A stretch of DNA of 63,786 nucleotides, filler included. It is 5 parts of 5 records of this genome, joined end to end, with 100 filler letters (N's around TTAATTAATTAA, not from the genome) between each part and the next. Parts side by side here need not be neighbours in the genome. Positions count along the whole stretch, not along the records: positions 22,283 to 46,198 come from SRR20825010_4160; 4 more parts are not named here. One strand, written 5' to 3'. Under the pieces are notes generated by a model. The model was not told where the DNA came from. It saw nothing but the letters and a program-made list of their open reading frames with translations, and ran no database searches. Made by a program: the position numbers and the translations under genes. Below, piece after piece: positions 30,275-40,090 of the stretch (its first letter is position 1; every line of letters starts with the position of its first letter).

Positions 30275-31633
30275 TCACTTTTTTTTCAACTTATTGTAAA
30301 GGGTTTGGCGGGATATGCCCAATTGTTCTGCAGCTGCGCTATAGTTTCCTTCGTTCTGCTCCAAGGCCCTGTTGATCATCTGTTGCTCCATTTCATTTAG
30401 GGTCATGGGCTCGCTGTCCATGGATTGCATGGGCTTGGCATGTAGCAAAAAATCCGATGGTTTAAGTACGTTGCCGTCAGATAATATTACGGCACGTTCC
30501 ATGGTATGTTGCAGCTCCCGTACATTTCCGGGCCAGGGATATTCCATCAGTTTCTCCTGGGACGCCTGATTCATTCGCAGGCCCGATTTATCATATTTGT
30601 GAGCAAACTTTTTCAGGAAAAAATCGGCAAGCACCAAAATGTCCCCATCGCGTTCGCGAAGTGGTGGCACCTCAATATGGATGGTGTTGATACGGTACAC
30701 TAGATCTTCTCGGAAGAGTCCATCGGCGACCATTTGTTCCAAATTGCAGTTGGTCGCACATATCAATCTGATATCTACTTCTGTAGGCTTATTGGAACCT
30801 ACGCGTACCACTGATTTGTTCTGGATGGAGGACAATAATTTGGCCTGCATCTGTAAGGAAAGATTTCCGATTTCATCCAAGAACAAACTACCTTGATGTG
30901 CGGCCTCAAACTTGCCCGCTCGATCTTCCTTGGCATCGGTAAAGGAGCCTTTGGTATGGCCAAAAAGCTCGCTTTCGAATAAATTCTCAGCAATGGAGCC
31001 CATATCCACACCTATAAAAACTTCATTTTTTCTGTTGGAAAGACGGTGCAGCTCACGGGCTATCAATTCTTTTCCAGTGCCATTCTCACCCGTGATCAGT
31101 ACATTAACGTCGGTTTTCGCAACCTTGGCCACGAGGTTGAGCACAGAGGTCAGTGCTTTGGACTGGCCGATGATAAAATTACGATCCTGATTAATGACCT
31201 GTTTTAAATTGTTCTCCTTTTTCTTGAGGTTGTGTATTTCCTGCTTCGATTTTCGAAGTTCGTAAGCAGATTTCACCGTGGTCATCAACCGCTCGTTGTT
31301 CCAAGGTTTCAGTACAAAGTCAGAAGCCCCCTGTTTTAATGCCCTTACCGCCAAATCAACGGCCCCGTAGGCGGTCATCATAATTACCGATGTGTTAGGG
31401 GACCTTTTTTTAATTTCGTTGAGCCAATACAATCCTTCATTTCCGGTGTTGACACCAGCGGAGAAGTTCATGTCCAACAATACAATGTCCATATCCTCAA
31501 GATTTGGAAAGGAAGAAATCTGGTTGGGGTTGAAGATGGTTTGAACACTTTTATACTCAAACTGTAAAAGAATTTCCAGAGCACTCAGCACACTCTTATT
31601 ATCATCGACCACTAAGATTTTGGCATCAATCAT
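30275..31633 (-). CDS. Sigma-54-dependent response regulator
   Basis: LLDMNF REC, GENGTGKE, GSFTDA (GAFTGA variant), WPGNVREL, HTH. Confidence 0.95.
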   Translation of the reverse strand: MIDAKILVVDDNKSVLSALEILLQFEYKSVQTIFNPNQISSFPNLEDMDIVLLDMNFSAGVNTGNEGLYWLNEIKKRSPNTSVIMMTAYGAVDLAVRALKQGASDFVLKPWNNERLMTTVKSAYELRKSKQEIHNLKKKENNLKQVINQDRNFIIGQSKALTSVLNLVAKVAKTDVNVLITGENGTGKELIARELHRLSNRKNEVFIGVDMGSIAENLFESELFGHTKGSFTDAKEDRAGKFEAAHQGSLFLDEIGNLSLQMQAKLLSSIQNKSVVRVGSNKPTEVDIRLICATNCNLEQMVADGLFREDLVYRINTIHIEVPPLRERDGDILVLADFFLKKFAHKYDKSGLRMNQASQEKLMEYPWPGNVRELQHTMERAVILSDGNVLKPSDFLLHAKPMQSMDSEPMTLNEMEQQMINRALEQNEGNYSAAAEQLGISRQTLYNKLKKK

Positions 31634-31695
31634 TGGATAACAGTATTCAAATGGACAGCTAAAACTAGTAATTGCTTCAATATGGTCTGCCTTAT

Positions 31696-31734
31696 TGTAA
31701 AATATTTGGACATTTTTTGTACAAAATTTTTACA
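31696..31734. promoter_or_regulatory. Tandem TGT-N11-ACA palindromes, probable enhancer sites
   Basis: TGTAAAATATTTGGACA (31696-31712) and TGTACAAAATTTTTACA (31718-31734), 22 bp apart. Confidence 0.7.
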
Positions 31735-31797
31735 CCTGCTTTATCTTGAGCGCGCTTTATTGAGTGTAACTGTCTGATAATCAATTTTAAAATATTT

Positions 31798-31812
31798 TGG
31801 CATAAGAATAGA
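31798..31812 (+). promoter_or_regulatory. Probable sigma-54 promoter of the efflux operon
   Basis: TGGCAT-AAGAA-TAGA; good -24 element, degenerate -12. Confidence 0.5.
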
Positions 31813-31837
31813 ATACAGTTTGGCACAGTAATACACT

Positions 31838-33172
31838 ATGAATCTAAAAATAAACATAACAACCTTTTTATTATTGGCTTCGTTCCTTGGGTTTTCCCAA
31901 GAAGTATGGACGTTGGAAGAATGTGTGGCTTATGCCATCGAACACAACCTTCAGGTAAAGAATACCTCATACAACAATGAATCCAGCAAGGAATCTTATC
32001 GGCAGTCCATACGTGACCTGTTGCCATCGGTAAGCGGCTCTACCGACTATACTATACGATATGGTAGGTCTGCCGACCCCCAGACCAACGATTACGTGAA
32101 CACGGAATTCTTTAGTAACAACTATTCGCTTAATGCCAGTTTGGACCTGTTCCGCGGTTTTCAAAAAATGAATTCGATAAGAGCATCAAAATTTATTTAT
32201 AAGGCAACCCAAGAGGACATTCTACAGGAAAAGTTCTTGTTGGCCTTTAGGGTGATGAGTGCGTTTTACGATATCAAGTTCTTTCAAGGCCTAGTGAACA
32301 ATACTTTGGAACAATTGGAAATTTCGCAGGCCAATTACGATTTGGTCGAAAAACAAGTAGAATTGGGATTGATGGCAGGGGCCGATCTTTACGAAGCTGA
32401 ATCCAACCTTTTGGGGGATAAGTTTCTATTGACCCAGAACCGCAACCAATTGACAAATGCCAAACTGGTGCTTTTACAAGAAATGAACCTGATTGGCGCT
32501 ACGGACATTGAAATCCAAGAAACCCTTGAAGAGACCTCACCTAACCGAGATGTGACCTTGGATTCGCTGTATCGGTCGGCCCGCGGATTTGTTCCCTTGG
32601 TAAAAGCACAGGAGTATCGTGTTTCCGCGGCCAAAAAGCAAATGCAGGCCACAAGGGGAGACCTATTCCCCTCTTTATCCCTTTTTGCAGGTTACGGAAC
32701 CAGTTATTTTGAGACCAATGTGGATGAGAATGGCAATGTAATTCCATTTAAGACCCAGTTCAACGACAACCAATCCAAGTTTGTCGGTGCCCAGTTGAAC
32801 ATTCCGATTACCAATGGTTGGGCCAATCACTCCAGGGTAAAACAGCAAAAGATAGCCTACATGCAGGCAAAGAACAACCTTGAGATACAAGAGCAGGAAC
32901 TGTTCAAACTGTTGCAACAATTAGTTCAGGACAACCGTGCACTTATTGCGGAATATGAGCAGAGCTTACAAAAGGTCGATGCACAGGAATTGGCTTTCAC
33001 CATTGCTCAAAAAAGATATGAAAAGGGATTGATCAATGCATTGGAACTGTTTCAGGCCAAGAACCTTTTCGGTGTGGCACAGAACGAGAACTTACAGGTG
33101 GGATTAAGGTTAAAAGTCAATCAAAGTACCATTGATTTTTACAGCGGTCTGCCCATATTTAACATCAACTAA
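31838..33172 (+). CDS. TolC family outer-membrane protein
   Basis: Signal peptide, WTLEECVAYAIEHN, LFPSLSL, RYEKGLINALEL. Confidence 0.92.
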   Translation: MNLKINITTFLLLASFLGFSQEVWTLEECVAYAIEHNLQVKNTSYNNESSKESYRQSIRDLLPSVSGSTDYTIRYGRSADPQTNDYVNTEFFSNNYSLNASLDLFRGFQKMNSIRASKFIYKATQEDILQEKFLLAFRVMSAFYDIKFFQGLVNNTLEQLEISQANYDLVEKQVELGLMAGADLYEAESNLLGDKFLLTQNRNQLTNAKLVLLQEMNLIGATDIEIQETLEETSPNRDVTLDSLYRSARGFVPLVKAQEYRVSAAKKQMQATRGDLFPSLSLFAGYGTSYFETNVDENGNVIPFKTQFNDNQSKFVGAQLNIPITNGWANHSRVKQQKIAYMQAKNNLEIQEQELFKLLQQLVQDNRALIAEYEQSLQKVDAQELAFTIAQKRYEKGLINALELFQAKNLFGVAQNENLQVGLRLKVNQSTIDFYSGLPIFNIN

Positions 33173-33180
33173 AATAAACC

Positions 33181-34431
33181 ATGGATATACAATTAGAGAA
33201 AAAGAAAGGACTTAAACTCAAGCATTACGGCTACATCGCTTTGGGCATATTGCTCTTGTTCGTTGGCTATAAGTTGATTTTTGCCAGCTCCATGTCCACC
33301 TTTAGGACAGAGAAGGATCGCTTGTCCATCTCCTCGGTGACCGCCGGCAAATTTGACGACTACATAACCATAAATGGAAACGTGGCACCTATCGCCACCA
33401 TTTATATGGATGCCTATGAAGGAGGCCGGGTATCCGAAAAATTGATCGAGGAAGGTTCCATGGTCAAGCAAGGGGACATTATTCTTAAATTGGAGAACAT
33501 GGCCCTGTACGAGCAAATTTTGGCAAGCGAAAGCAACTTGGCCCTTAAACAGAACGATCTACGTTCCACCAAACTTACTTTTGATTCCAGACAAGTGGAG
33601 GGCAGAAAATCCTTGGCCACTGCACAATACGATGTGCAACGCTTAAAACGAGCTTACGAGCAGAACAAAGAGCTATATGAAGAGGAACTGGTTTCCAAAG
33701 AAACATATCTAAAATCCAAGGAAGATTACGAATTGGCACAAAAACAATACGAAATAGTAAAGTTACAGACCGAGCAGGATGATGAATTGAGAGAAACCTC
33801 ATTAAAGGGACTGGATACGGACCTAGATCGTATGCAGAAAACATTGTCCATGGTCTACGAGCGGTTGGACCACTTGAACGTTCGAGCCCCGGCCGATGGC
33901 CAATTGGGCTTTTTGGATGCCGAGATAGGCCAGAACATTTCACAGGGACAGCGTATCGGCCAGATCAATGTACTGACCGATTTTAAAATCGAAGCGGATA
34001 TCGATGAGCATTATATTGACCGTGTAAAGAGAGACCTTTCCGCTTCTTTGGAGCGAAATGGAAACGAGTACAAACTGCGCTTGCGCAAGGTTTACCCCGA
34101 AGTACGGAACGGCAGGTTTAGGGTCGATTTGGTTTTTGTGGACGAAAAACCCGAAACCATAAGAGCAGGTCAGAGCTACAACATACGATTGCAACTGGGC
34201 GAATCCAACGATGCCATGTTGCTTCCCAAAGGAGGTTTTTTCCAAAGCACGGGAGGACAATGGGTGTTCGTGGTAAGTCCCGATGGCAATGAAGCCATTA
34301 AGCGCAATGTGCGATTGGGCAAACAAAACTCAAGATATTATGAGGTCCTTGAGGGGCTTCAGCCTGGAGAACAGGTCATTACCAGTAACTACGATAGTTT
34401 TGGCGATGCGGAACGGATTGTATTGAAATAA
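33181..34431 (+). CDS. Efflux periplasmic adaptor (MacA/HlyD-like)
   Basis: N-terminal TM, EGGRVSEKLIEEGSMVKQGD, coiled coil, VRAPADGQL, YEVLEGLQPGEQVI. Confidence 0.92.
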   Translation: MDIQLEKKKGLKLKHYGYIALGILLLFVGYKLIFASSMSTFRTEKDRLSISSVTAGKFDDYITINGNVAPIATIYMDAYEGGRVSEKLIEEGSMVKQGDIILKLENMALYEQILASESNLALKQNDLRSTKLTFDSRQVEGRKSLATAQYDVQRLKRAYEQNKELYEEELVSKETYLKSKEDYELAQKQYEIVKLQTEQDDELRETSLKGLDTDLDRMQKTLSMVYERLDHLNVRAPADGQLGFLDAEIGQNISQGQRIGQINVLTDFKIEADIDEHYIDRVKRDLSASLERNGNEYKLRLRKVYPEVRNGRFRVDLVFVDEKPETIRAGQSYNIRLQLGESNDAMLLPKGGFFQSTGGQWVFVVSPDGNEAIKRNVRLGKQNSRYYEVLEGLQPGEQVITSNYDSFGDAERIVLK

Positions 34432-34496
34432 TCCGCAGAAATGTAACAATGATCAAAAATGAACAGTCTTTAACAAGCAATCAAACAACCATTACA

Positions 34497-35192
34497 ATGA
34501 TAAAAATTACAGATCTTAAAAAAAGTTTCCGAACAGAAGAAGTGGAAACCTTGGCCCTAAATGGCGTAAACCTTAAGGTTGAAGAAGGGGAATTTGTGGC
34601 GATCATGGGCCCCTCCGGATGTGGAAAGTCAACCTTGTTGAACATTATAGGGATGTTGGACAACCCTACGCAGGGAAGCTACAACTTCGCAGGGCACGAA
34701 GTCGGCGGATTAAAGGAAAGTCAACGGACCCAATTGCGAAAGGGGAATCTGGGCTTTGTGTTCCAAAGCTTTAACCTGATCGATGAGCTCACCGTTTTTG
34801 AAAACGTGGAACTGCCATTGATCTACCTTAAGATGAACAAGGCCGAGCGCAAAGAAAAAGTGCAGAAGGTACTGGAACGCATGAAAATCGCACACCGAGA
34901 AAAGCACTTTCCCCAACAACTTTCCGGGGGTCAACAGCAAAGGGTTGCCATCGCAAGAGCCGTGGTCACCAATCCAAAACTGATCTTGGCGGATGAGCCG
35001 ACCGGTAACTTGGATTCCAAAAACGGTATAGAGGTAATGAACCTGTTGACCGAGCTGAACCAAGAGGGGACCACCATTGTTATGGTAACACACTCCGATA
35101 GGGATTCGCATTATGCGCACAGGGTAATCAATTTATTCGACGGTCAAATCGTGACCGAAAGTCAGAACAAACCATTAAAGGCCATGATATAG
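34497..35192 (+). CDS. ABC transporter ATP-binding protein (MacB/LolD type)
   Basis: GPSGCGKST, LSGGQQQRVAIARA, ILADEPTGNLDS, VTH. Confidence 0.96.
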   Translation: MIKITDLKKSFRTEEVETLALNGVNLKVEEGEFVAIMGPSGCGKSTLLNIIGMLDNPTQGSYNFAGHEVGGLKESQRTQLRKGNLGFVFQSFNLIDELTVFENVELPLIYLKMNKAERKEKVQKVLERMKIAHREKHFPQQLSGGQQQRVAIARAVVTNPKLILADEPTGNLDSKNGIEVMNLLTELNQEGTTIVMVTHSDRDSHYAHRVINLFDGQIVTESQNKPLKAMI

Positions 35193-35233
35193 GAGTTTAT
35201 GTCATCAATCAAAAAAACGATCAAATCATTCAC

Positions 35234-37615
35234 ATGTTCAGGAACAATCTAAAGGTAGCGTGGAGAAATCTCAAGTCTAATAGACTTTTTTCAATAATAA
35301 ATATAGTGGGACTTTCTATAGGCCTCACTATTGTGATGTTGCTTTTTCTGTTCATTTCCTACGAAAGGAGCTTTGACTCCATGTTTCCAAAGAAAGACAG
35401 GATCCAACGGGTTTTATTAAAAACCAATGGAGATTTTGGTTTTGAGACCTGGGCCACAGTACCTCCGGTAACGGCCTTGGCCATGAAAGAAGAGGTGACG
35501 AATGTGGAAAGTGCCGCAAGGTTGTTGAAACATAATTTTGGCGACCCCGCCTCATTGCGCATTAATAATCAAAACTTTACCGAAAACCTTTTTTATTGGG
35601 TAGATAAGGAGCTGCTTACCATTTTTGATATTGAAATGGTTAAAGGAAGTTCTACCGGCGCCTTGGACAGACCCGGTACGGTAATTCTTTCCGAAAAAGC
35701 CGCCCAAACCTATTTTGGCGACCAAAATCCGATCGGACAAACCATAGTGGTCGATAACAATCGTGAGCTTGAGGTAACAGGAATATACAAGGATTTCCCT
35801 GAAAACAGTACCCTTGATGCGGACATTATGGCGTCGAGCAACGGATATTGGTTCTACGACAGAAAATCTTGGAGCAATGCCAGTTTTGAGACTTATTGTT
35901 TATTAAAGAAGAATGTTTCCGTAGAGGCCACTCAGGCACAAATTGACCAAATGCTGAAGGCAAATATTGAAAAAGAGGGCCAATGGTACACGTTTGGTCT
36001 ACAACCTTTGGAAAAGGTACACTTATATTCGGCATCTTTTGCTAGCGGTTATGCTTCTCATATTGGGGACATCAACGAGGTTCGCAACCTTACCTATTTA
36101 GCCATTTTGATTCTTTTGATTGCTTGTATCAACTACATGAACCTTACTACGGCCCGTTCCCAAAAGCGTTCCAAGGAAGTGGGAATAAGCAAAACCCTGG
36201 GAGCCTCTTCAAAATCCTTAGTGTGGAGATTTTATCTGGAAGCAGGACTCATCACGGCAATTTCCATTGTGCTGGGCATTATACTGACTATGTTGTTATT
36301 GCCCAGTTTTAATGCCTTAACAAACCAAAGTTTGACCATGGGTCTGCTGTTGACACCAGCTTTTGCATCCGCAACTTTAGGTGTATGGGGTATTACGACG
36401 CTAGTATCTGGCCTATACCCATCGCTTTACCTATCCAAGTTTTTGCCAAAAGAAATTCTATCACCTTCCTTAAATCGTGGAAAAGGGAATTTGGTGATCA
36501 GAAAAGGTCTTGTGGTAATGCAATTTGCCGCTTCGGCAGCATTGATAGTTGGGGTTATGGTCATCTATCAACAAACAAAATATATCCAGAACAAGAACTT
36601 GGGTTTTGTTGCGGACAATGTGATGGCTATTTCTATTGGAGGATTGAGCGGGGAAGAAAACCGTAATGCTCTGGAGCAAGAGTTTAAAAAACTGTCAGAA
36701 GTAACTGCTGTATCCATGGTACAGGGGTATCCCGGAATGGATGTGAGCGGGCGAACACTTCGAAAAAAAGGCACGGACAATAAAGGGCTCAATATCCAGA
36801 CCAACGTGACCGATGCAGGTATTGTTAACGCACTCAAACTACAGCTTTTGGCAGGAGAAAGTTTGCCCGAATTCAAAAGTGAAACAGATACTTTGGTTGA
36901 AGTGGTCCTGAATAAAAAAGCGGTTGATTTTTTGGGGTATTCCCCGGAAGAGGCCATTGGAAAGAAAGTCTTTATCGGGGTTCCACAGACCATAGTGGGA
37001 GTGGTGGATGACTTTAATTATGAATCGTTGCACCAACCTATTGGAGCCTATGCATTTCACAATAATTCAGGAGAAGGCAAATCTTATATGCTTGTGCGGT
37101 TTAAGTCTGGCAATTTGGCCAACACTGTGGAGGAACTTAAAAGAACCTTTACCAAAGTCGTCACTAATCTGGATTTCAATTATTCCTTTTTGGATCAAAA
37201 TATTGCAAGATTGTACGCCAAGGAAAAACGAACAGGACAGATTAGTGTTGTGTTCTGTATGTTGGCCATTTTTGTGGCCGCATTGGGTCTTTTTGGCTTG
37301 GCAGCTTATACGGCGGAACAGCGAAGAAAGGAAATTGGCATACGAAAGGTATTGGGTGCATCTGTGGCCAAAATAAGCCAAATGCTATCTGCTGATTTTA
37401 CAAAGCTAGTGCTGGTAGGTCTAATCATAGGATTTCCGTTGGCCTATTTTTCCATGGAGAATTGGCTGGAAGGTTTTGCATATCGAATCAAAATTCAATG
37501 GTGGGTGTTTGCTTTGTCTGGATGTATTGCTTTGGGTATAGCGCTTGTAACGGTCAGCTTTCAGTCTATAAGGGCAGCGTTGGCCAACCCGACCAAAAGT
37601 CTGAAAGCAGAATAA
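35234..37615 (+). CDS. ABC permease 1 (duplicated MacB_PCD/FtsX)
   Basis: MFRNNLKVAWR, INYMNLTTARS..RSKEVG, QRRKEIGIRKVLGAS, ANPTKSLKAE. Confidence 0.95.
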   Translation: MFRNNLKVAWRNLKSNRLFSIINIVGLSIGLTIVMLLFLFISYERSFDSMFPKKDRIQRVLLKTNGDFGFETWATVPPVTALAMKEEVTNVESAARLLKHNFGDPASLRINNQNFTENLFYWVDKELLTIFDIEMVKGSSTGALDRPGTVILSEKAAQTYFGDQNPIGQTIVVDNNRELEVTGIYKDFPENSTLDADIMASSNGYWFYDRKSWSNASFETYCLLKKNVSVEATQAQIDQMLKANIEKEGQWYTFGLQPLEKVHLYSASFASGYASHIGDINEVRNLTYLAILILLIACINYMNLTTARSQKRSKEVGISKTLGASSKSLVWRFYLEAGLITAISIVLGIILTMLLLPSFNALTNQSLTMGLLLTPAFASATLGVWGITTLVSGLYPSLYLSKFLPKEILSPSLNRGKGNLVIRKGLVVMQFAASAALIVGVMVIYQQTKYIQNKNLGFVADNVMAISIGGLSGEENRNALEQEFKKLSEVTAVSMVQGYPGMDVSGRTLRKKGTDNKGLNIQTNVTDAGIVNALKLQLLAGESLPEFKSETDTLVEVVLNKKAVDFLGYSPEEAIGKKVFIGVPQTIVGVVDDFNYESLHQPIGAYAFHNNSGEGKSYMLVRFKSGNLANTVEELKRTFTKVVTNLDFNYSFLDQNIARLYAKEKRTGQISVVFCMLAIFVAALGLFGLAAYTAEQRRKEIGIRKVLGASVAKISQMLSADFTKLVLVGLIIGFPLAYFSMENWLEGFAYRIKIQWWVFALSGCIALGIALVTVSFQSIRAALANPTKSLKAE

Positions 37616-37648
37616 AAAAATCAATCAAAAAACGATCAAATCAATAGT

Positions 37649-40066
37649 ATGTTCAAGAACCACTTAAATATCGCATGGAGAAGTATTAAAAAGGACAAGC
37701 TCTTCACATTTATAAAAATAGGTGGGTTTGCCGTTGGTATCGCGGCCTGTCTTTTGATCACCCTTTTCATCGGCAATGAATCCAGTTATGATACCCATTA
37801 CCAAAACAAAGACCACATATACCGAGTGGTGTTCCAAGGTGAGATTCAAGGAGAGGTAATGAAGAGCACCCACTTTCAATTGCCTTTTTCCGATGCACTC
37901 CAATCTGATTTTGCCGAAATAACCAAGGCGGGAAAAGTGAACACCATTGAAATCTTTGGTGCGGGCAAACGAGGTTTTAGGATAAACGGGGCACAGGAGA
38001 ACACTTTTGAAGAGAACTTTATCATTGCGGATCAGGAGGCTTTTGAGATTTTGGAAATCGAACTGGAACAGGGAGACCCGACAACTGCGTTGACCAATCC
38101 AAAGAGCATCGTAATTTCTAGGTCTAAAGCGAACAAATACTTCCCGAACGGAAATGCCATAGACCAAGTAGTCTTTTTGGACAATGACACTTCCGAACCC
38201 TACACCGTAACAGGGATAATGGAGGATATTCCAAAAAATATGCACCTGAATTTTGATTTTATGCTTCCTGTGGAGGACACCAATGGAAGCTGGACCAACC
38301 AGAACTATTTTACCTATGTGTTGGTCAATCCGAACACCGATATTCGGGAATTGGAACAAAAAATGTCTTCCATTGTTGAAAAATACATTATTCCGGCGCA
38401 AATGGAAAGGGGCCGCTCGGCCAGTTTTATAGATGTACTGCGGACCGCTGAGTACAAACTGCAACCGGTAACGGACATTTACCTGAAATCGGACCTAAAA
38501 ATGCAGGATGGATTGAAGCATGGCGATGTCAAGTTTGTATGGCTCTTTGCGGCCATAGCCATTTTTGTACTGCTCTTGGCCATTATCAACTTTATCAATC
38601 TTTCCACGGCCAAATCAGCCAATAGGGCCAAAGAAGTGGGTTTAAGAAAGACCATAGGGGCATTTAGGAACAGTTTGGTCAACCAATTTTTGACCGAATC
38701 GGTCATGTTCAGTGTTATTTCTTTTGTGCTAGGTGTGTTCTTGGCTTGGGGACTGCTACCGTTCTTTAATGAAATCGCTTCAAAAGACATTGAACTCCCA
38801 TGGAGCGATTGGTGGTTTGTGCCCGTATTGCTTGTTGCTGCATTGTTTGTAGGTGTTTTGGCAGGAATTTATCCGGCGTTTTACCTATCTGCCTTTAAAC
38901 CGGCCAATGTTCTTAAAGGTTCCTTGAGCGTGGGCAGCAAAAGTGGCAGACTGCGCAGTGGATTGGTCATCTTTCAATTTACCACTTCGGTGATCCTGAT
39001 TATTGGCACATTGATCATCTACCGCCAGATGGACTATATCGTCAGCAAGGAATTGGGATATGATAAGGAACGTGTGGTAGTGCTGGAGGGAACCCATATT
39101 CTTGACAACAAAATAGAATCATTTAAACAACAATTATCATCATTATCTCAGGTGAAAAGTGTGACATCCACCAACTATTTGCCCATTGATGGAGGGAGCC
39201 GAAATGGAAACACCTTTATGGTCGATGGCCAGGATGATGGAGGAAGAGGTGTAGCTGCACAGATTTGGAAGGTTGACTATGGTTATACCGAAACCTTGGG
39301 AATCCAATTGGATAAGGGTAGAACTTTTTCAAAGGACTTTGCCTACGATTCCATCAATTCGATAGTCATCAATAACAAAATGGCCGCAGAGCTTGGTCTA
39401 AAGGATCCAATCGGTAAAAAATTGGACAACAACAGCCAAGTTTTTGAGATTATAGGGGTGATAGAGGATTTTCATTTTAAATCCTTGAAAGAGGATATCT
39501 CCGCATTGTCATTGGTCATAGGAAAGGACAATGGAGCTGTTTCGGTAAAACTTGAAAAAGGAAACCCGACCGATGCGCTCGCTGCCATTGAGCAAGTTTG
39601 GAACAGAAATGTTCCAAATCAAGCACTCAACTACTCTTTTTTGGAGCAGGAATTTGCCCAAATGCACGAAGATGTACAGCGAATGGGCAAAATATTCAAC
39701 AGTTTTGCCTTATTTGCCATTCTTGTGGCCTGTCTGGGCCTGTTTGCCCTATCAGCATTTATGGTAGAGCAGCGAAGAAAGGAGATAAGCATTCGTAGAG
39801 TGCTCGGCGCGCCCTTCCAAAATATTTATAAACTGCTCACTTTTGACTTTCTGAAACTTATCATCATTTCAATTGTGATTGCCACACCTATAGGCTGGTA
39901 TTTGATGAACAGGTGGTTGGAAGGTTTCGCTTACAGAATCAGTATTGGATGGGAAGTTTTTTTAATGGCAGGGGTCATCGCCCTGTGCATTGCCGTACTG
40001 ACCATCAGCTATCAATCCATAGGAGCGGCCTTTTTACAACCGACCAAAGGTCTGCGCAATGAATAA
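37649..40066 (+). CDS. ABC permease 2 (duplicated MacB_PCD/FtsX)
   Basis: MFKNHLNIAWR, INFINLSTAKS..RAKEVG, QRRKEISIRRVLGA, QPTKGLRNE. Confidence 0.95.
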   Translation: MFKNHLNIAWRSIKKDKLFTFIKIGGFAVGIAACLLITLFIGNESSYDTHYQNKDHIYRVVFQGEIQGEVMKSTHFQLPFSDALQSDFAEITKAGKVNTIEIFGAGKRGFRINGAQENTFEENFIIADQEAFEILEIELEQGDPTTALTNPKSIVISRSKANKYFPNGNAIDQVVFLDNDTSEPYTVTGIMEDIPKNMHLNFDFMLPVEDTNGSWTNQNYFTYVLVNPNTDIRELEQKMSSIVEKYIIPAQMERGRSASFIDVLRTAEYKLQPVTDIYLKSDLKMQDGLKHGDVKFVWLFAAIAIFVLLLAIINFINLSTAKSANRAKEVGLRKTIGAFRNSLVNQFLTESVMFSVISFVLGVFLAWGLLPFFNEIASKDIELPWSDWWFVPVLLVAALFVGVLAGIYPAFYLSAFKPANVLKGSLSVGSKSGRLRSGLVIFQFTTSVILIIGTLIIYRQMDYIVSKELGYDKERVVVLEGTHILDNKIESFKQQLSSLSQVKSVTSTNYLPIDGGSRNGNTFMVDGQDDGGRGVAAQIWKVDYGYTETLGIQLDKGRTFSKDFAYDSINSIVINNKMAAELGLKDPIGKKLDNNSQVFEIIGVIEDFHFKSLKEDISALSLVIGKDNGAVSVKLEKGNPTDALAAIEQVWNRNVPNQALNYSFLEQEFAQMHEDVQRMGKIFNSFALFAILVACLGLFALSAFMVEQRRKEISIRRVLGAPFQNIYKLLTFDFLKLIIISIVIATPIGWYLMNRWLEGFAYRISIGWEVFLMAGVIALCIAVLTISYQSIGAAFLQPTKGLRNE

Positions 40067-40090
40067 ATCAATCAAAAAACACCATCGATC

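Noticed and set aside
31821-31835. Second TGGCAC before tolC
   Set aside because: Poor -12 element, and the implied TSS would fall inside the coding sequence
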